Of a stretch of 50,437 nucleotides of DNA, positions 18,626-27,335 are shown piece after piece (position 1 is the first letter of the stretch; every line of letters begins with the position of its first letter). The translations under genes and the position numbers were made by a program. Source of the DNA: a virus. Taxonomy: Duplodnaviria; Caudoviricetes. A model generated the notes under the pieces. It was not told the DNA's origin and did not search any database. It saw only the letters and a list, made by a program, of their open reading frames with translations. The stretch is from the IMG/VR virus record IMGVR_UViG_3300044259_000059, positions 1 to 50,437 of that record, one strand, 5' to 3'.

Positions 18626-19250
18626 ACTGGTTTTTTAGTTGAGTGATTTGATTATTTAACTGTTCCGGGGTAGTGGTGCCGCCTATGTCAGGAACTGGCA
18701 TTGAACCACTTTTCCCCTGTACTTTTCGCTGTGCCTGTTCTTCCTCCCTGTAGTTTAACATGGCTATGTGCCGTTCGTCTCTGTATTGTTCGAACTTATC
18801 CATAACCTGAGACACGGTAGGCGCTCCATAGAACTTCCCGTACTTACCAGCTACCATGTCCTGAACGAAAACAATTACGTCCTGTACGCTGATTTGGTCC
18901 TGAACAGCATCCCGGCAAATAGTCATAGTGATATTTACGGCCATATTATCGCTGATCCCTTCACCGTCAGTCATCAGTGATATTGCTGTAGCTATGCCTG
19001 ATTGCATCGCAAAGCGCTGTTCCTGTGGCCCTTCCATGTATGCAGCAATGCGCTGATCTCGCGGAATAGAAAATAACTCTACGTGGTTTACCTGACCTTG
19101 CGGCGTTCGATAAACCTCCATCATAGACTGAATACGAAATATGCCGGGCTTATTGTTGAGCGTCGTTACTAAATCGCTCGTAGAAATTCTGGAATCTTTC
19201 TCCGGCTGTTCTGTTGTCGGTTTGTCCGGGTTTTGTTTTGATTTGTCCAT
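18612..19250 (-). CDS. Replication-associated protein downstream of the initiator
   Basis: Position; AGKYGKFYG...FEQYRDER motif; a helicase-loader role is only a guess. Confidence 0.55.
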   Translation of the reverse strand: MDKSKQNPDKPTTEQPEKDSRISTSDLVTTLNNKPGIFRIQSMMEVYRTPQGQVNHVELFSIPRDQRIAAYMEGPQEQRFAMQSGIATAISLMTDGEGISDNMAVNITMTICRDAVQDQISVQDVIVFVQDMVAGKYGKFYGAPTVSQVMDKFEQYRDERHIAMLNYREEEQAQRKVQGKSGSMPVPDIGGTTTPEQLNNQITQLKNQYGEF

Positions 19251-20124
19251 TTTTCAAGTCTTTTAATATGTTTGTCCAGTTTGATATGATTTGATTTACT
19301 TTCAGCTGTTCCTGTCTAAAAGTATCCCACTTGCTCCGGTTCATTAAAACATATTTCCATCCGTTTACGACTTCATCAGCGAGCGCCTGATCCTCCAAAA
19401 CGGGAAGTTCGTTTTCTTTGCGTTTGTCAATTACAAGCGTTTTAAGGTATGGTACGAACTGTTTTAATGCCTTACCCTCAGCACCGGTAAAATATGGCTT
19501 AGAACCTCCCAAAAGTGGCGTTACCCACTCAAAATAGAAATCGGTCATACGCTTCTGTATTCCGTCGCTCTCTTTTTCTTTTTTTTGCGCGGGAGGATTT
19601 TTTTTCTTTTTCTCTGAGTCTTTAGCCTGAATTTCTGAATCGGCCGTGAATAAATTACCCTGAGACTCGCTTTTAAATTCTTCGACTTCAGGAGAAGAAT
19701 TAAAAGCGAAGTTATTATTCTCTATAGGAGTATTATTACTAGTATTATTATGTACGAAACCTGTTTCGTGCCCGTACGAAACCTGTTTCATACCCCCCAA
19801 CGAAACAGGTTGCACCCCCCCGTATGAAACAGGTTTCATACCCTCCACGATAAATAGCCTGCGAAACGTGCCATTGTTGTTTTTCACCACATCGACTTTT
19901 ATAAAACCGGATTGTTCGAGTTCTGACATACAGGTTTGTATAGTTCGCGTTGTGTAATCGTAGGTATTTGCAAAGTACTCATTCGTTGGCCATGCGTACC
20001 CGTGCTCATTAGCAAGTGCGGCAATCTCTCCGTACATCAGCTTTGCGGTGCTACTGATCTTCGCAAGCCTGACAGCGGCCGGGATTACTATATAATACCC
20101 TCTTATTTTGCCTTTGTCACTCAT
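19150..20124 (-). CDS. Replication initiator with N-terminal winged HTH
   Basis: YYIVIPAAVR...AKLMYGEIAAL...GYAWPTNEYFA...LEQSGFI; internal iterons. Confidence 0.85.
   Translation of the reverse strand: MSDKGKIRGYYIVIPAAVRLAKISSTAKLMYGEIAALANEHGYAWPTNEYFANTYDYTTRTIQTCMSELEQSGFIKVDVVKNNNGTFRRLFIVEGMKPVSYGGVQPVSLGGMKQVSYGHETGFVHNNTSNNTPIENNNFAFNSSPEVEEFKSESQGNLFTADSEIQAKDSEKKKKNPPAQKKEKESDGIQKRMTDFYFEWVTPLLGGSKPYFTGAEGKALKQFVPYLKTLVIDKRKENELPVLEDQALADEVVNGWKYVLMNRSKWDTFRQEQLKVNQIISNWTNILKDLKNGQIKTKPGQTDNRTAGERFQNFYERFSNDAQQ
19755..19838. repeat. Four iteron-like repeats GAAAC(CT/AG)GTT(T/G)C; putative replication origin
   Basis: Copies at 19755, 19777, 19801 and 19825 (spacing 22/24/24) next to AT-rich tracts inside the initiator gene. 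Confidence 0.75.
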
Positions 20125-20405
20125 TTCTTTGTGCATTTAGCAGATACTTTTACCTGAAAATAACCTTCCCAATGCCATGGGATACTGTTTTTTGTTACAA
20201 ATGCCTGTGCCTCCGCTTCTGTCATGTTACAGAAGTCATAGTTTACCCGGGTATAATCAGATGCACCACCCCCGTTCTTTGTATCCGTCTGCACATAGCA
20301 AGCGTAGCAAAATTCGGGTGCTGATGGTTTTACGTCTTCAACTTCTGATTTACCACAAGAGAATAATGTAGCGGAGATAGCAAGCGAAAAGAATAACTTT
20401 TTCAT
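20121..20405 (-). CDS. Small lipoprotein
   Basis: MKKLFFSLAISATLFS-C lipobox; four further Cys. Confidence 0.8.
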   Translation of the reverse strand: MKKLFFSLAISATLFSCGKSEVEDVKPSAPEFCYACYVQTDTKNGGGASDYTRVNYDFCNMTEAEAQAFVTKNSIPWHWEGYFQVKVSAKCTKK

Positions 20406-20443
20406 GGTGTTGTTTTTTAATTGGTGTTTTAATAATGTTTTGA

Positions 20444-20474
20444 CAAATATAAAAAGATGTTTTGAATAAACAAA
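20444..20474 (-). promoter_or_regulatory. Bacteroidota sigma70 promoter of the replication operon
   Basis: TATATTTG at 20444-20451 and TTTG at 20471-20474. Confidence 0.7.
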
Positions 20475-20497
20475 ACATCTTTAAAACTATTTTAAAA

Positions 20498-21493
20498 CTA
20501 TTTTATGGCGTTATGGAATCTCCTGTTCCCATTTTCGTCGGCTTTCCAAGATACATAGCCAGCTTCAGCGAAATCTATCTTTGTTTTATCCCCCATTATC
20601 CGGCAAAGATAATTTTGCTCCTTCCTCTTCATACCGTTTACTTCCTTTACCCTGTCAGCGGCATCCCTGTGTCTTATAGCTGCTGCCAGAGCTTCAGGTG
20701 ACCCGCTCATCGTTAGCCCGTTGTCTATCTTGAATTTATCCTTCAGATAGTCCTGATAGGCTTCCGTTCCGTCTGGTGGTGGCTCCAAGCTATGAAGCTC
20801 CGCTGTTAGGTCTCCAACGGTACGAAGATTAAACCGGGCTTCCTCGATTATTATTTGTTCGCTGATCTTCCGGGCCTTCAGTACTTTGATCCAGAAATCT
20901 CGTGTTACCTCGTTGATAGCTTCACATACCCCGGGGATAAGTTCAAACCTCACCACGTCAAAACGTCGGCCGTCCTTCAATAAACACAGCTCGCCGCTTT
21001 TACCATCGGCTACCATCAATTGAGTCTGAAGCTGTACGAGATATTGTGGAGGGATACCGCCGATCCATTTATCCGACTCGTGTCCTGAGATTGTTTTGAT
21101 CTCGAGGACTTCACGTACACCTGCGATACGCCGGTCAAGCGACACGAATAACTGTGGGAAGTCTGAGTTGTGTAGATAGCCTTTCACCTCCTTACAGATG
21201 CGTATGATCTTCTTAGCTCTAAAGTTGGCGATCAATGACTCTTCCGAACCTTCCCAGTACTGCCACTTATCAGCGATAAACGCCTCCTGTTCCTTCCCCA
21301 TGAACATAAATATGTTCTCTATCTGTACCGGTATGTTTGGGCTTATCTTTTCGTAGAATAGCTGGATACTCGACTTATACGAAGAAAGGCCCATTACGGC
21401 CCCCACTTCGCTCGCGCCTATGCCGCGATGTCTGTATTTTAACCACTGGTCGTTTGTCCAGCCTTCGGTGTTTACTAATTTAATCTTACCCAT
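20498..21493 (-). CDS. YqaJ / lambda-exonuclease family recombination nuclease
   Basis: WLKYRHRGIGASEV, SLDR, LEIKT, YLVQLQTQL. Confidence 0.9.
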   Translation of the reverse strand: MGKIKLVNTEGWTNDQWLKYRHRGIGASEVGAVMGLSSYKSSIQLFYEKISPNIPVQIENIFMFMGKEQEAFIADKWQYWEGSEESLIANFRAKKIIRICKEVKGYLHNSDFPQLFVSLDRRIAGVREVLEIKTISGHESDKWIGGIPPQYLVQLQTQLMVADGKSGELCLLKDGRRFDVVRFELIPGVCEAINEVTRDFWIKVLKARKISEQIIIEEARFNLRTVGDLTAELHSLEPPPDGTEAYQDYLKDKFKIDNGLTMSGSPEALAAAIRHRDAADRVKEVNGMKRKEQNYLCRIMGDKTKIDFAEAGYVSWKADENGNRRFHNAIK

Positions 21494-21845
21494 GTTTCAC
21501 AAAGTAAATTATTACTGTCGCAATAACGAAAACGGATACAAACAAAATTGCAAGGTTTACCAGTCTTTGAGCTATGAAATTACGCTTGTACGCTTCATCT
21601 AACATCCAATTAGGATTTTTATGTACGAGCTGTTTATCCTCTCTTACAGGCGGTACAATCGCCTCTCTGTCTACGTGTTCGTATTCGTAACACACTGGAC
21701 CGATAGAGGTCTCTATGAAACGTGGAGCGGCGCGTTTTGTGTGCTGTATGCCGAATGCATCGCACTCTGGCTGTACGTCGGATTGTGCATAATCAAACCA
21801 CCCGTACTCGTCGTTGCTATTTGTGATCTTTACGGTCCAGTGCAT
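21486..21845 (-). CDS. Hypothetical protein with C-terminal TM helix
   Basis: Hydrophobic C-terminus. Confidence 0.6.
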   Translation of the reverse strand: MHWTVKITNSNDEYGWFDYAQSDVQPECDAFGIQHTKRAAPRFIETSIGPVCYEYEHVDREAIVPPVREDKQLVHKNPNWMLDEAYKRNFIAQRLVNLAILFVSVFVIATVIIYFVKHG

Positions 21846-21874
21846 ATATTAAATTTTAGTTTGTTTTAGCAAAT

Positions 21875-22945
21875 TCATTTTGTAATATTTAAAGAGTTCT
21901 TAAGCGCTTCGGTCGCTGCCTTCGCCTTTTCATCAGCTGGTGGATTTTCTGTCTGAATAACTTCCGCTTCACCATCTACTGTATTCTCCGACATTGCTGC
22001 GCTTGTAACCTCTTCGTCATCCATAAGAATAGGGTTAAGGGTTACTACTCCTGCCTCGTGCTGTTCGTCCATCCCTACAGTTCTTTGTATATCCGGGCTG
22101 AGTGGGAGGAACTTCATTAAGCGACGGAGTACTGTTTTATTACCCATCTCTTCAAAGTTAGTATTCCACGGCGTTATATTACCATATTGAATAAACGCCT
22201 TCCACCCCTGAGACTCGTTTCGTACAGCTTCAACCTGTGCGCGGTTCATAACATTGAAAAGATGCCCACCATCCTTGAAACGAACTACAGCATAAAAATG
22301 TGTAATCTTTGAAGTGTCGGTAACTTGTCCGGGCCTATGCTCTAGTTTTTCATTAAGTCCTTTTTCATATGCGAAGTAATCGCCCAACGGCCAAAGTTTA
22401 GCGGCCTTCACTGCTGCCTTTTCTGAGTTCATTCCCGCCTCTATAAATAGTTCCGTGATCGCTTCTACACTGTCTATCTCATCAGGGTATTTTATAACCT
22501 TCTGACTGGCGAAGACCGCGCTACAGGAGATAGAGTCTATCATTCCAGAACGACGGGCGAGACCTAACAGCCCTTTATACCCTATGATAACAGTACATTC
22601 CGTAATCCCCTTTTTTTTGTTTTTAAAGGGAATCAAATACGCCTCACCCAGTAAAGGATCAACAGAAAGTCCAAGCTGTGAGACCGTAAGGATCGCAGAC
22701 ATTAGAGTGTGCTGTGTACAATCCAGTAAGGCGGGCGTTTTAGTGATGGTAGTGAGCATTACGCGCGTCATGCGTTCTACTGTCAGGTGTTTAGGCAAAG
22801 CCTTTGCAATAGAGTCTTTGTACTTATCCATCATTAGTTTAACGGACGCGAACTTTTGGTTCTGTACCTGTAGCGCTTTTTGCCTTTCCTGTTCTTTGAT
22901 CTGTGCAGGCGTAAGCTGTGGCGCTTCCTGTTGTTGTTCTGCCAT
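21875..22945 (-). CDS. recT: RecT-family single-strand annealing protein
   Basis: LPKHLTVERM, LGEAYLIPF, IGYKGLLGLARRSG, EEMGNKTVLRRLMKFLPLS. Confidence 0.93.
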   Translation of the reverse strand: MAEQQQEAPQLTPAQIKEQERQKALQVQNQKFASVKLMMDKYKDSIAKALPKHLTVERMTRVMLTTITKTPALLDCTQHTLMSAILTVSQLGLSVDPLLGEAYLIPFKNKKKGITECTVIIGYKGLLGLARRSGMIDSISCSAVFASQKVIKYPDEIDSVEAITELFIEAGMNSEKAAVKAAKLWPLGDYFAYEKGLNEKLEHRPGQVTDTSKITHFYAVVRFKDGGHLFNVMNRAQVEAVRNESQGWKAFIQYGNITPWNTNFEEMGNKTVLRRLMKFLPLSPDIQRTVGMDEQHEAGVVTLNPILMDDEEVTSAAMSENTVDGEAEVIQTENPPADEKAKAATEALKNSLNITK

Positions 22946-22962
22946 GAGAATAATTTAATAGT

Positions 22963-23454
22963 TTAGAAATTACTTGAACCGGGGGAGAAAGGACGTTTAA
23001 CCCTCTCTACCTTTTCCGCGTTAATATCGTCAGTGATATTAAACTCAACACGGTAAGCCCCTTTGATCACTTCCACAAGAGTAAAGTAACATGTTACTAC
23101 AGGCATCTCTTTAGTAGGTGTTACTATCTTCAGCGTGTCGAAAATGTGGATTATACGGGCCTTGTTTTCTACAATGTAGTTTGTAGAGATTAATAAATTG
23201 TCCTTCCCGTACTTTGGCTCGTCGAATACTACGACCGCCTCATTGCTCTTTGTAAATCCAAATGCTACAGTCTTCGGCTTAAGCCCTGTTTTAGCGCAAA
23301 ACTTAGCGAATGAAATTGAAAAACGGGCTTGCTTCAGTGTGTCTCCGGGCGCTGCCATTATCAATTTACCATCGTATTTAATTTCTGCTTTGTCTTGTGA
23401 TGCGCGTGCATTTGGGCCGCTGAAGTTTACGTCACCTAATAGATCGAGTTGCAT
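22963..23454 (-). CDS. Hypothetical protein
   Basis: A-rich leader before MQLDLL. Confidence 0.6.
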   Translation of the reverse strand: MQLDLLGDVNFSGPNARASQDKAEIKYDGKLIMAAPGDTLKQARFSISFAKFCAKTGLKPKTVAFGFTKSNEAVVVFDEPKYGKDNLLISTNYIVENKARIIHIFDTLKIVTPTKEMPVVTCYFTLVEVIKGAYRVEFNITDDINAEKVERVKRPFSPGSSNF

Positions 23455-23550
23455 TTTTATGTGTTTTATAAGTGAAAAATTAGTGTTACCAAAAGTCTGA
23501 TTATGAAATAAGCGATACCGATCCAAACCAGTGCGCTCGCGAGTTTTTCG

Positions 23551-23841
23551 CTAAATGGTCGCTTCTGTTGCATCGTCTTCTGTTTTAACCTCCCCGGCCG
23601 CTACCGCTGCTTTAAGGTTCTGTAAAGCAATAGCATCCTTTGACGCTCTCGCGGTATAGTATGCTGTTATGAATTCTTGTAGCTTATGAGAGTAAACAGC
23701 GCCAACATTTAAAGCGCGTTCGATTACCGGTAAAGAGAATCCGGTTAGCCTTTTCAGCTCGTTGTTATCACCGTGCTTTCTGCACTTTGTCCAGAGAGCG
23801 AAAACCTCCGGGTCGATGTTTAATACATGTTCTTTTGCCAT
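23551..23841 (-). CDS. Putative small HTH regulator
   Basis: GDNNELKRLTGFSLPVIERALN resembles an HTH; first gene of the recombination operon. Confidence 0.5.
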   Translation of the reverse strand: MAKEHVLNIDPEVFALWTKCRKHGDNNELKRLTGFSLPVIERALNVGAVYSHKLQEFITAYYTARASKDAIALQNLKAAVAAGEVKTEDDATEATI

Positions 23842-23888
23842 TGCGTTGTTATTGGTTTATAGATGAAAAAATTTAGTTCTGTTAAATG

Positions 23889-23958
23889 AGGGATGGTAGA
23901 AACCACCCCTTTAAAGCTACCCATTTAAAAAAAGCAAAAAATGTCTTTGTTGTTTTGC
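23889..23958 (-). ncRNA. Candidate antisense RNA B against the major capsid and tail-tube leaders
   Basis: Promoter at 23964; three blocks (13, 12, 11 nt) complementary to 49167-49217; hairpin with UUUCUA loop at 23889-23910. Confidence 0.75.
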
Positions 23959-23963
23959 TCTCA

Positions 23964-23996
23964 CAAATATAAAACATTTACAAACACATTTCCAAA
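23964..23996 (-). promoter_or_regulatory. Bacteroidota sigma70 promoter
   Basis: TATATTTG at 23964-23971 and TTTG at 23993-23996. Confidence 0.7.
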
Positions 23997-24012
23997 CATT
24001 CACAAAACTTTT

Positions 24013-24348
24013 TTAAAAATACCCTCCATATAATATCAGTTCATCGTCGTTTGCTGCTGCCTGTATCTTGGTTATAATTCGCGTTTCTTCAGCTGCCAAT
24101 ATCTTTAACACGTTTGCAGCCGTAGAGAGAGGAAGGCGGTCGGCAAACTTCCATACATGTATATTTACTCCATTCGCTTTCTTGTCCTTCCCATAGGTTA
24201 TAAATGCCGCTGCTTTCACTTTTATGGTCTGGTCCGCATGTTCTATCGCTATAGATATATTAAACCGCTTATCTGTGATGTATCGCAGGTTTATAGAAAT
24301 GTCTTGGTTGTGCTCTATCCTAAATGAGCCGGGAGGAAACTTTTTCAT
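24013..24348 (-). CDS. Hypothetical protein
   Basis: ATGA-coupled. Confidence 0.6.
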   Translation of the reverse strand: MKKFPPGSFRIEHNQDISINLRYITDKRFNISIAIEHADQTIKVKAAAFITYGKDKKANGVNIHVWKFADRLPLSTAANVLKILAAEETRIITKIQAAANDDELILYGGYF

Positions 24349-24746
24349 GATCTGTACAGTCCTAAAGTTTTCAAAATGTGCTTTGCGGAGTGTGGGTAAT
24401 TATCGTGCACAAAGTCGATTAACTGGTCATCGTCGATAGCTTGCCGTTCCTTGTTCCATTCGCGATTTAAATCCTTGTCCGCCACTTCCCCGAACAATGC
24501 GAGACGCGTTACTACGCGCAGTTTATTAGTAGGGATACCGTTTAACTTAGTGCACACATGCCATGCGTAACCGCTGTGATTATCGAGGTATACATTAAAA
24601 CCAAACTGCTCTATCAGCAACACCTGTCTAAATTCATCCTGAAATGCATTTTGCCAGTTAGCAGCATGTTTTTCTACTTTGTGATATACCGCGACGTAAG
24701 GTGTCGCGTGTGCTGGTTTGCCATTGTATAGAACGTGATATTTCAT
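24345..24746 (-). CDS. Hypothetical protein
   Basis: Leader preceded by a UUCG-loop hairpin (about 24763-24778). Confidence 0.65.
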   Translation of the reverse strand: MKYHVLYNGKPAHATPYVAVYHKVEKHAANWQNAFQDEFRQVLLIEQFGFNVYLDNHSGYAWHVCTKLNGIPTNKLRVVTRLALFGEVADKDLNREWNKERQAIDDDQLIDFVHDNYPHSAKHILKTLGLYRS

Positions 24747-24782
24747 ATTTGGTGTTTGAAGAGAGGGCCGAAGCCCTCCCGG

Positions 24783-25178
24783 TTACTCGTTAATGATGTC
24801 GTAAACTGGTAGCGTGCTCGGGTCTTCTGTGTTAAAAAAAGCCAGCGTATCACCTACAGAATGTAATCCGTTATTTGATACCCACACATCCGGCTCCGCG
24901 ATTTTAAACCATGTACGTTCGATGGTGATCTGATCCGCCATAGTTTTACGGGTCGCTGCTATTTGTTTCTCGAGAGCACTGGTAGAGTCTTTCAATTCTC
25001 TATACCTTGAATCATATGCGCTTTTACTTTCTGCATATGTGTTGAAGTCTTCAGAAGAGACGAAGTAAGCCGGCTTAACTGGATCAACCAGCCCAGTAAG
25101 TTCCAATACTTGCGCCTTGTAGTCTTCACTTTGCTTTTTAAGCACCGCGTACGTTGCCTGTAGTTCTTCAATTGTCAT
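24783..25178 (-). CDS. Hypothetical coiled-coil protein
   Basis: Similar layout to 25168-25620. Confidence 0.6.
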   Translation of the reverse strand: MTIEELQATYAVLKKQSEDYKAQVLELTGLVDPVKPAYFVSSEDFNTYAESKSAYDSRYRELKDSTSALEKQIAATRKTMADQITIERTWFKIAEPDVWVSNNGLHSVGDTLAFFNTEDPSTLPVYDIINE

Positions 25179-25620
25179 CTTTGTCAGATTTAATTTGTTT
25201 GCGTTTAGTGGGGAGAATGTCTACTACTTCCAGTTTAAAAAGGGTATGGTAACCCCATTTAGTACCTTCTTTTTTTATGTACTTTTTAGAACCGGGTAGC
25301 CTGTAGTACGTTTTCTCTGTCGGTAACAAAGATAATACAGAGTTAAACAGGTCTTCTTTTACCTTCTTAACCTTGTAAAAGTTGTTTTGCAGTATCTCAT
25401 GTGCCGCCGCAACGCCGGATACAATTGCGTTTTGCGCATCCTCGTCAGCTTCGCAGCTTATCGAATCAAATAGATCAAATTCTCCGGCCGCCGTCTTTGC
25501 CTGAATCAATTCCCACGACTGTTTAGCAGTCGTGAGAAGTTCTTCAGCTTGTAAGTACAAATTGTACTCCGTCTCTACCTGTTCAAGGTCTAAAGGTTTC
25601 TTTTTAGTTTGTGTTGCCAT
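25168..25620 (-). CDS. Hypothetical coiled-coil protein
   Basis: ORF in operon. Confidence 0.6.
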   Translation of the reverse strand: MATQTKKKPLDLEQVETEYNLYLQAEELLTTAKQSWELIQAKTAAGEFDLFDSISCEADEDAQNAIVSGVAAAHEILQNNFYKVKKVKEDLFNSVLSLLPTEKTYYRLPGSKKYIKKEGTKWGYHTLFKLEVVDILPTKRKQIKSDKDDN

Positions 25621-25621
25621 G

Positions 25622-25870
25622 TTACCAATTATTTGCGATGTATAATAAGTGATTGCCTTTGCCGTCCATTATTGCAGCAGATTGAAACGGGTTTTTGTAG
25701 TTGGGCCGCTTCTGCCAGTATCGGGGGTCATCCGTTCCGTGATGGCCTATTGCCCTGTCTACAAACTTAACAGCTTCGTCGATGCTTTCACATCTTTTGC
25801 TTATAGACTTCCGCCTATAGCCGTATTTAGTTTGTAAGTAAACGTTTATTGTTTTTGTTTTCTTTGCCAT
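25622..25870 (-). CDS. Hypothetical basic protein
   Basis: ORF in operon. Confidence 0.6.
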   Translation of the reverse strand: MAKKTKTINVYLQTKYGYRRKSISKRCESIDEAVKFVDRAIGHHGTDDPRYWQKRPNYKNPFQSAAIMDGKGNHLLYIANNW

Positions 25871-25912
25871 TTTAGAATAATTTACTATGATGTTTAGATT
25901 GTTTAGAACAAA

Positions 25913-26134
25913 TTACTCTCCGTATAATGGTTTGATAGTTAAATGATGTACGCATTGTCTCGGCTTGTTTAGGTCCATATCAGTGCGCTCTGAATATTCG
26001 CGCAGTTCTCCGGCGATCTTCTTCTCCTTCATCTCTGCATTTAACCAGCTTTGAAATGATCCGTCTATTATCAACTCAGCGAATAGATCGGCTGTTTCCT
26101 TGTGTGGTAATCCCACGTTTACTGAATATTTCAT
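25913..26134 (-). CDS. Hypothetical protein
   Basis: ATGA-coupled to the MTase. Confidence 0.6.
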   Translation of the reverse strand: MKYSVNVGLPHKETADLFAELIIDGSFQSWLNAEMKEKKIAGELREYSERTDMDLNKPRQCVHHLTIKPLYGE

Positions 26135-26880
26135 AACATTTCGTTAAATGTGTTAATAGATTTTAGTATTTGATATGCAATTTGCGGAACTATGGCATTA
26201 CCTAACGACTTAATTCGGTCCACCCTATCGGGAACCCCATCATTTCCTCGACAAATGTGGGATTGATGTGGAAACTCTTCCCATTCTCTACCCGTTGGAG
26301 GTGTTCTGTCAAAGGTATACCCCTCGTGAGGTGTAAACGGTTGAGGTACGCTTCGCTGTTCTCTTTGAACATTGATTTGTAGTCTCGCGCTGTCGGAGTA
26401 GGCAATAAGAAAAACCCGCTCCCTTTTATGGGGGGCATTGAGGCCGATAGCTGGAAGAATAAACGGGATGATTTCGTAGCCTTCAGATTCCAAGTCGTTA
26501 CACACCGATTCGAAGACCAAGCCCCCCCCCCAACTAATAAGGCCGGGAACATTTTCAGGAACAACGAAGGCGGGTTTAATCTCTCGTACTGCTCTAAACA
26601 TTTCAGGCCATAAGTGTCTATCGTCACCGCTTCCGAGTCTTTTACCGGCAAGGCTATATGGTTGACATGGGAATCCTCCTGTAAGAACGTCAACTGAATA
26701 GCGGTATTTCGTGAAGTCCGTTTCTTTGATGTTTGCATGACTATGAGAGTTTGGGAAATGCTGTTTTAAAACTTTTTGACAATATGGGTTCCATTCTACA
26801 TGGAACAAATTAGACCATCCAAGCCATTCGGCTGCTAGGTCAAAGGCTCCTATACCGGAGAAGAGAGAAGCATGTATCAT
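26131..26880 (-). CDS. C5 cytosine DNA methyltransferase, large subunit (no motif IX)
   Basis: SLFSGIG (I), GGFPCQPYS (IV), ENVPG (VI), HKRERVF (VIII), LGNAIV (X). Confidence 0.92.
   Translation of the reverse strand: MIHASLFSGIGAFDLAAEWLGWSNLFHVEWNPYCQKVLKQHFPNSHSHANIKETDFTKYRYSVDVLTGGFPCQPYSLAGKRLGSGDDRHLWPEMFRAVREIKPAFVVPENVPGLISWGGGLVFESVCNDLESEGYEIIPFILPAIGLNAPHKRERVFLIAYSDSARLQINVQREQRSVPQPFTPHEGYTFDRTPPTGREWEEFPHQSHICRGNDGVPDRVDRIKSLGNAIVPQIAYQILKSINTFNEML
26202..26738 (-). CDS. Nested alternative-frame MTase small subunit carrying a motif IX-like segment
   Basis: LLPTPTARD and INPTFVEEMMGFPIGWT; arrangement like M.EcoHK31I alpha/beta; start uncertain. Confidence 0.75.
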   Translation of the reverse strand: MQTSKKRTSRNTAIQLTFLQEDSHVNHIALPVKDSEAVTIDTYGLKCLEQYERLNPPSLFLKMFPALLVGGGAWSSNRCVTTWNLKATKSSRLFFQLSASMPPIKGSGFFLLPTPTARDYKSMFKENSEAYLNRLHLTRGIPLTEHLQRVENGKSFHINPTFVEEMMGFPIGWTELSR

Positions 26881-27236
26881 ATTACGTATGTTTCGCGTGT
26901 ACCGTATTGAGCAAAAAGCTCGTTTTTTAAATCTTCGTGATTAACCCCCAGCTCCTTACAAACAGAGAGGCAAAGGCATCTATATTGATTTAAATATATC
27001 ACCTCATTAACTCCAAACATTTCTGTGTTTTCGTCATCTCCTGTATATATGTAAGTTGCAATGTCTCTATTCATGTCAAATGAATTATACAACTCATACC
27101 CGAATACCATTTCGCTGATAAAGTTTTTAACAGCTTCTCTCTGGTCGATTGACTTATTAGTAATATCAGTGTGCAATACTTCGTCCAGCTCGTAAGAAGC
27201 GCAAAACAGGTCGCAGAAATTAATATTTGTATTCAT
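26877..27236 (-). CDS. Hypothetical protein
   Basis: First gene after a promoter-like TACATTTA at 27270-27277. Confidence 0.65.
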   Translation of the reverse strand: MNTNINFCDLFCASYELDEVLHTDITNKSIDQREAVKNFISEMVFGYELYNSFDMNRDIATYIYTGDDENTEMFGVNEVIYLNQYRCLCLSVCKELGVNHEDLKNELFAQYGTRETYVI

Positions 27237-27335
27237 TTTATTTTGTTTTAATTGTTTTTGTTTCTGATGTAAATGTACACCTTATTTTCGAATAACAAAA
27301 CTTTTATAAAACTTTTTCAAAAGATTTTTAGAATA

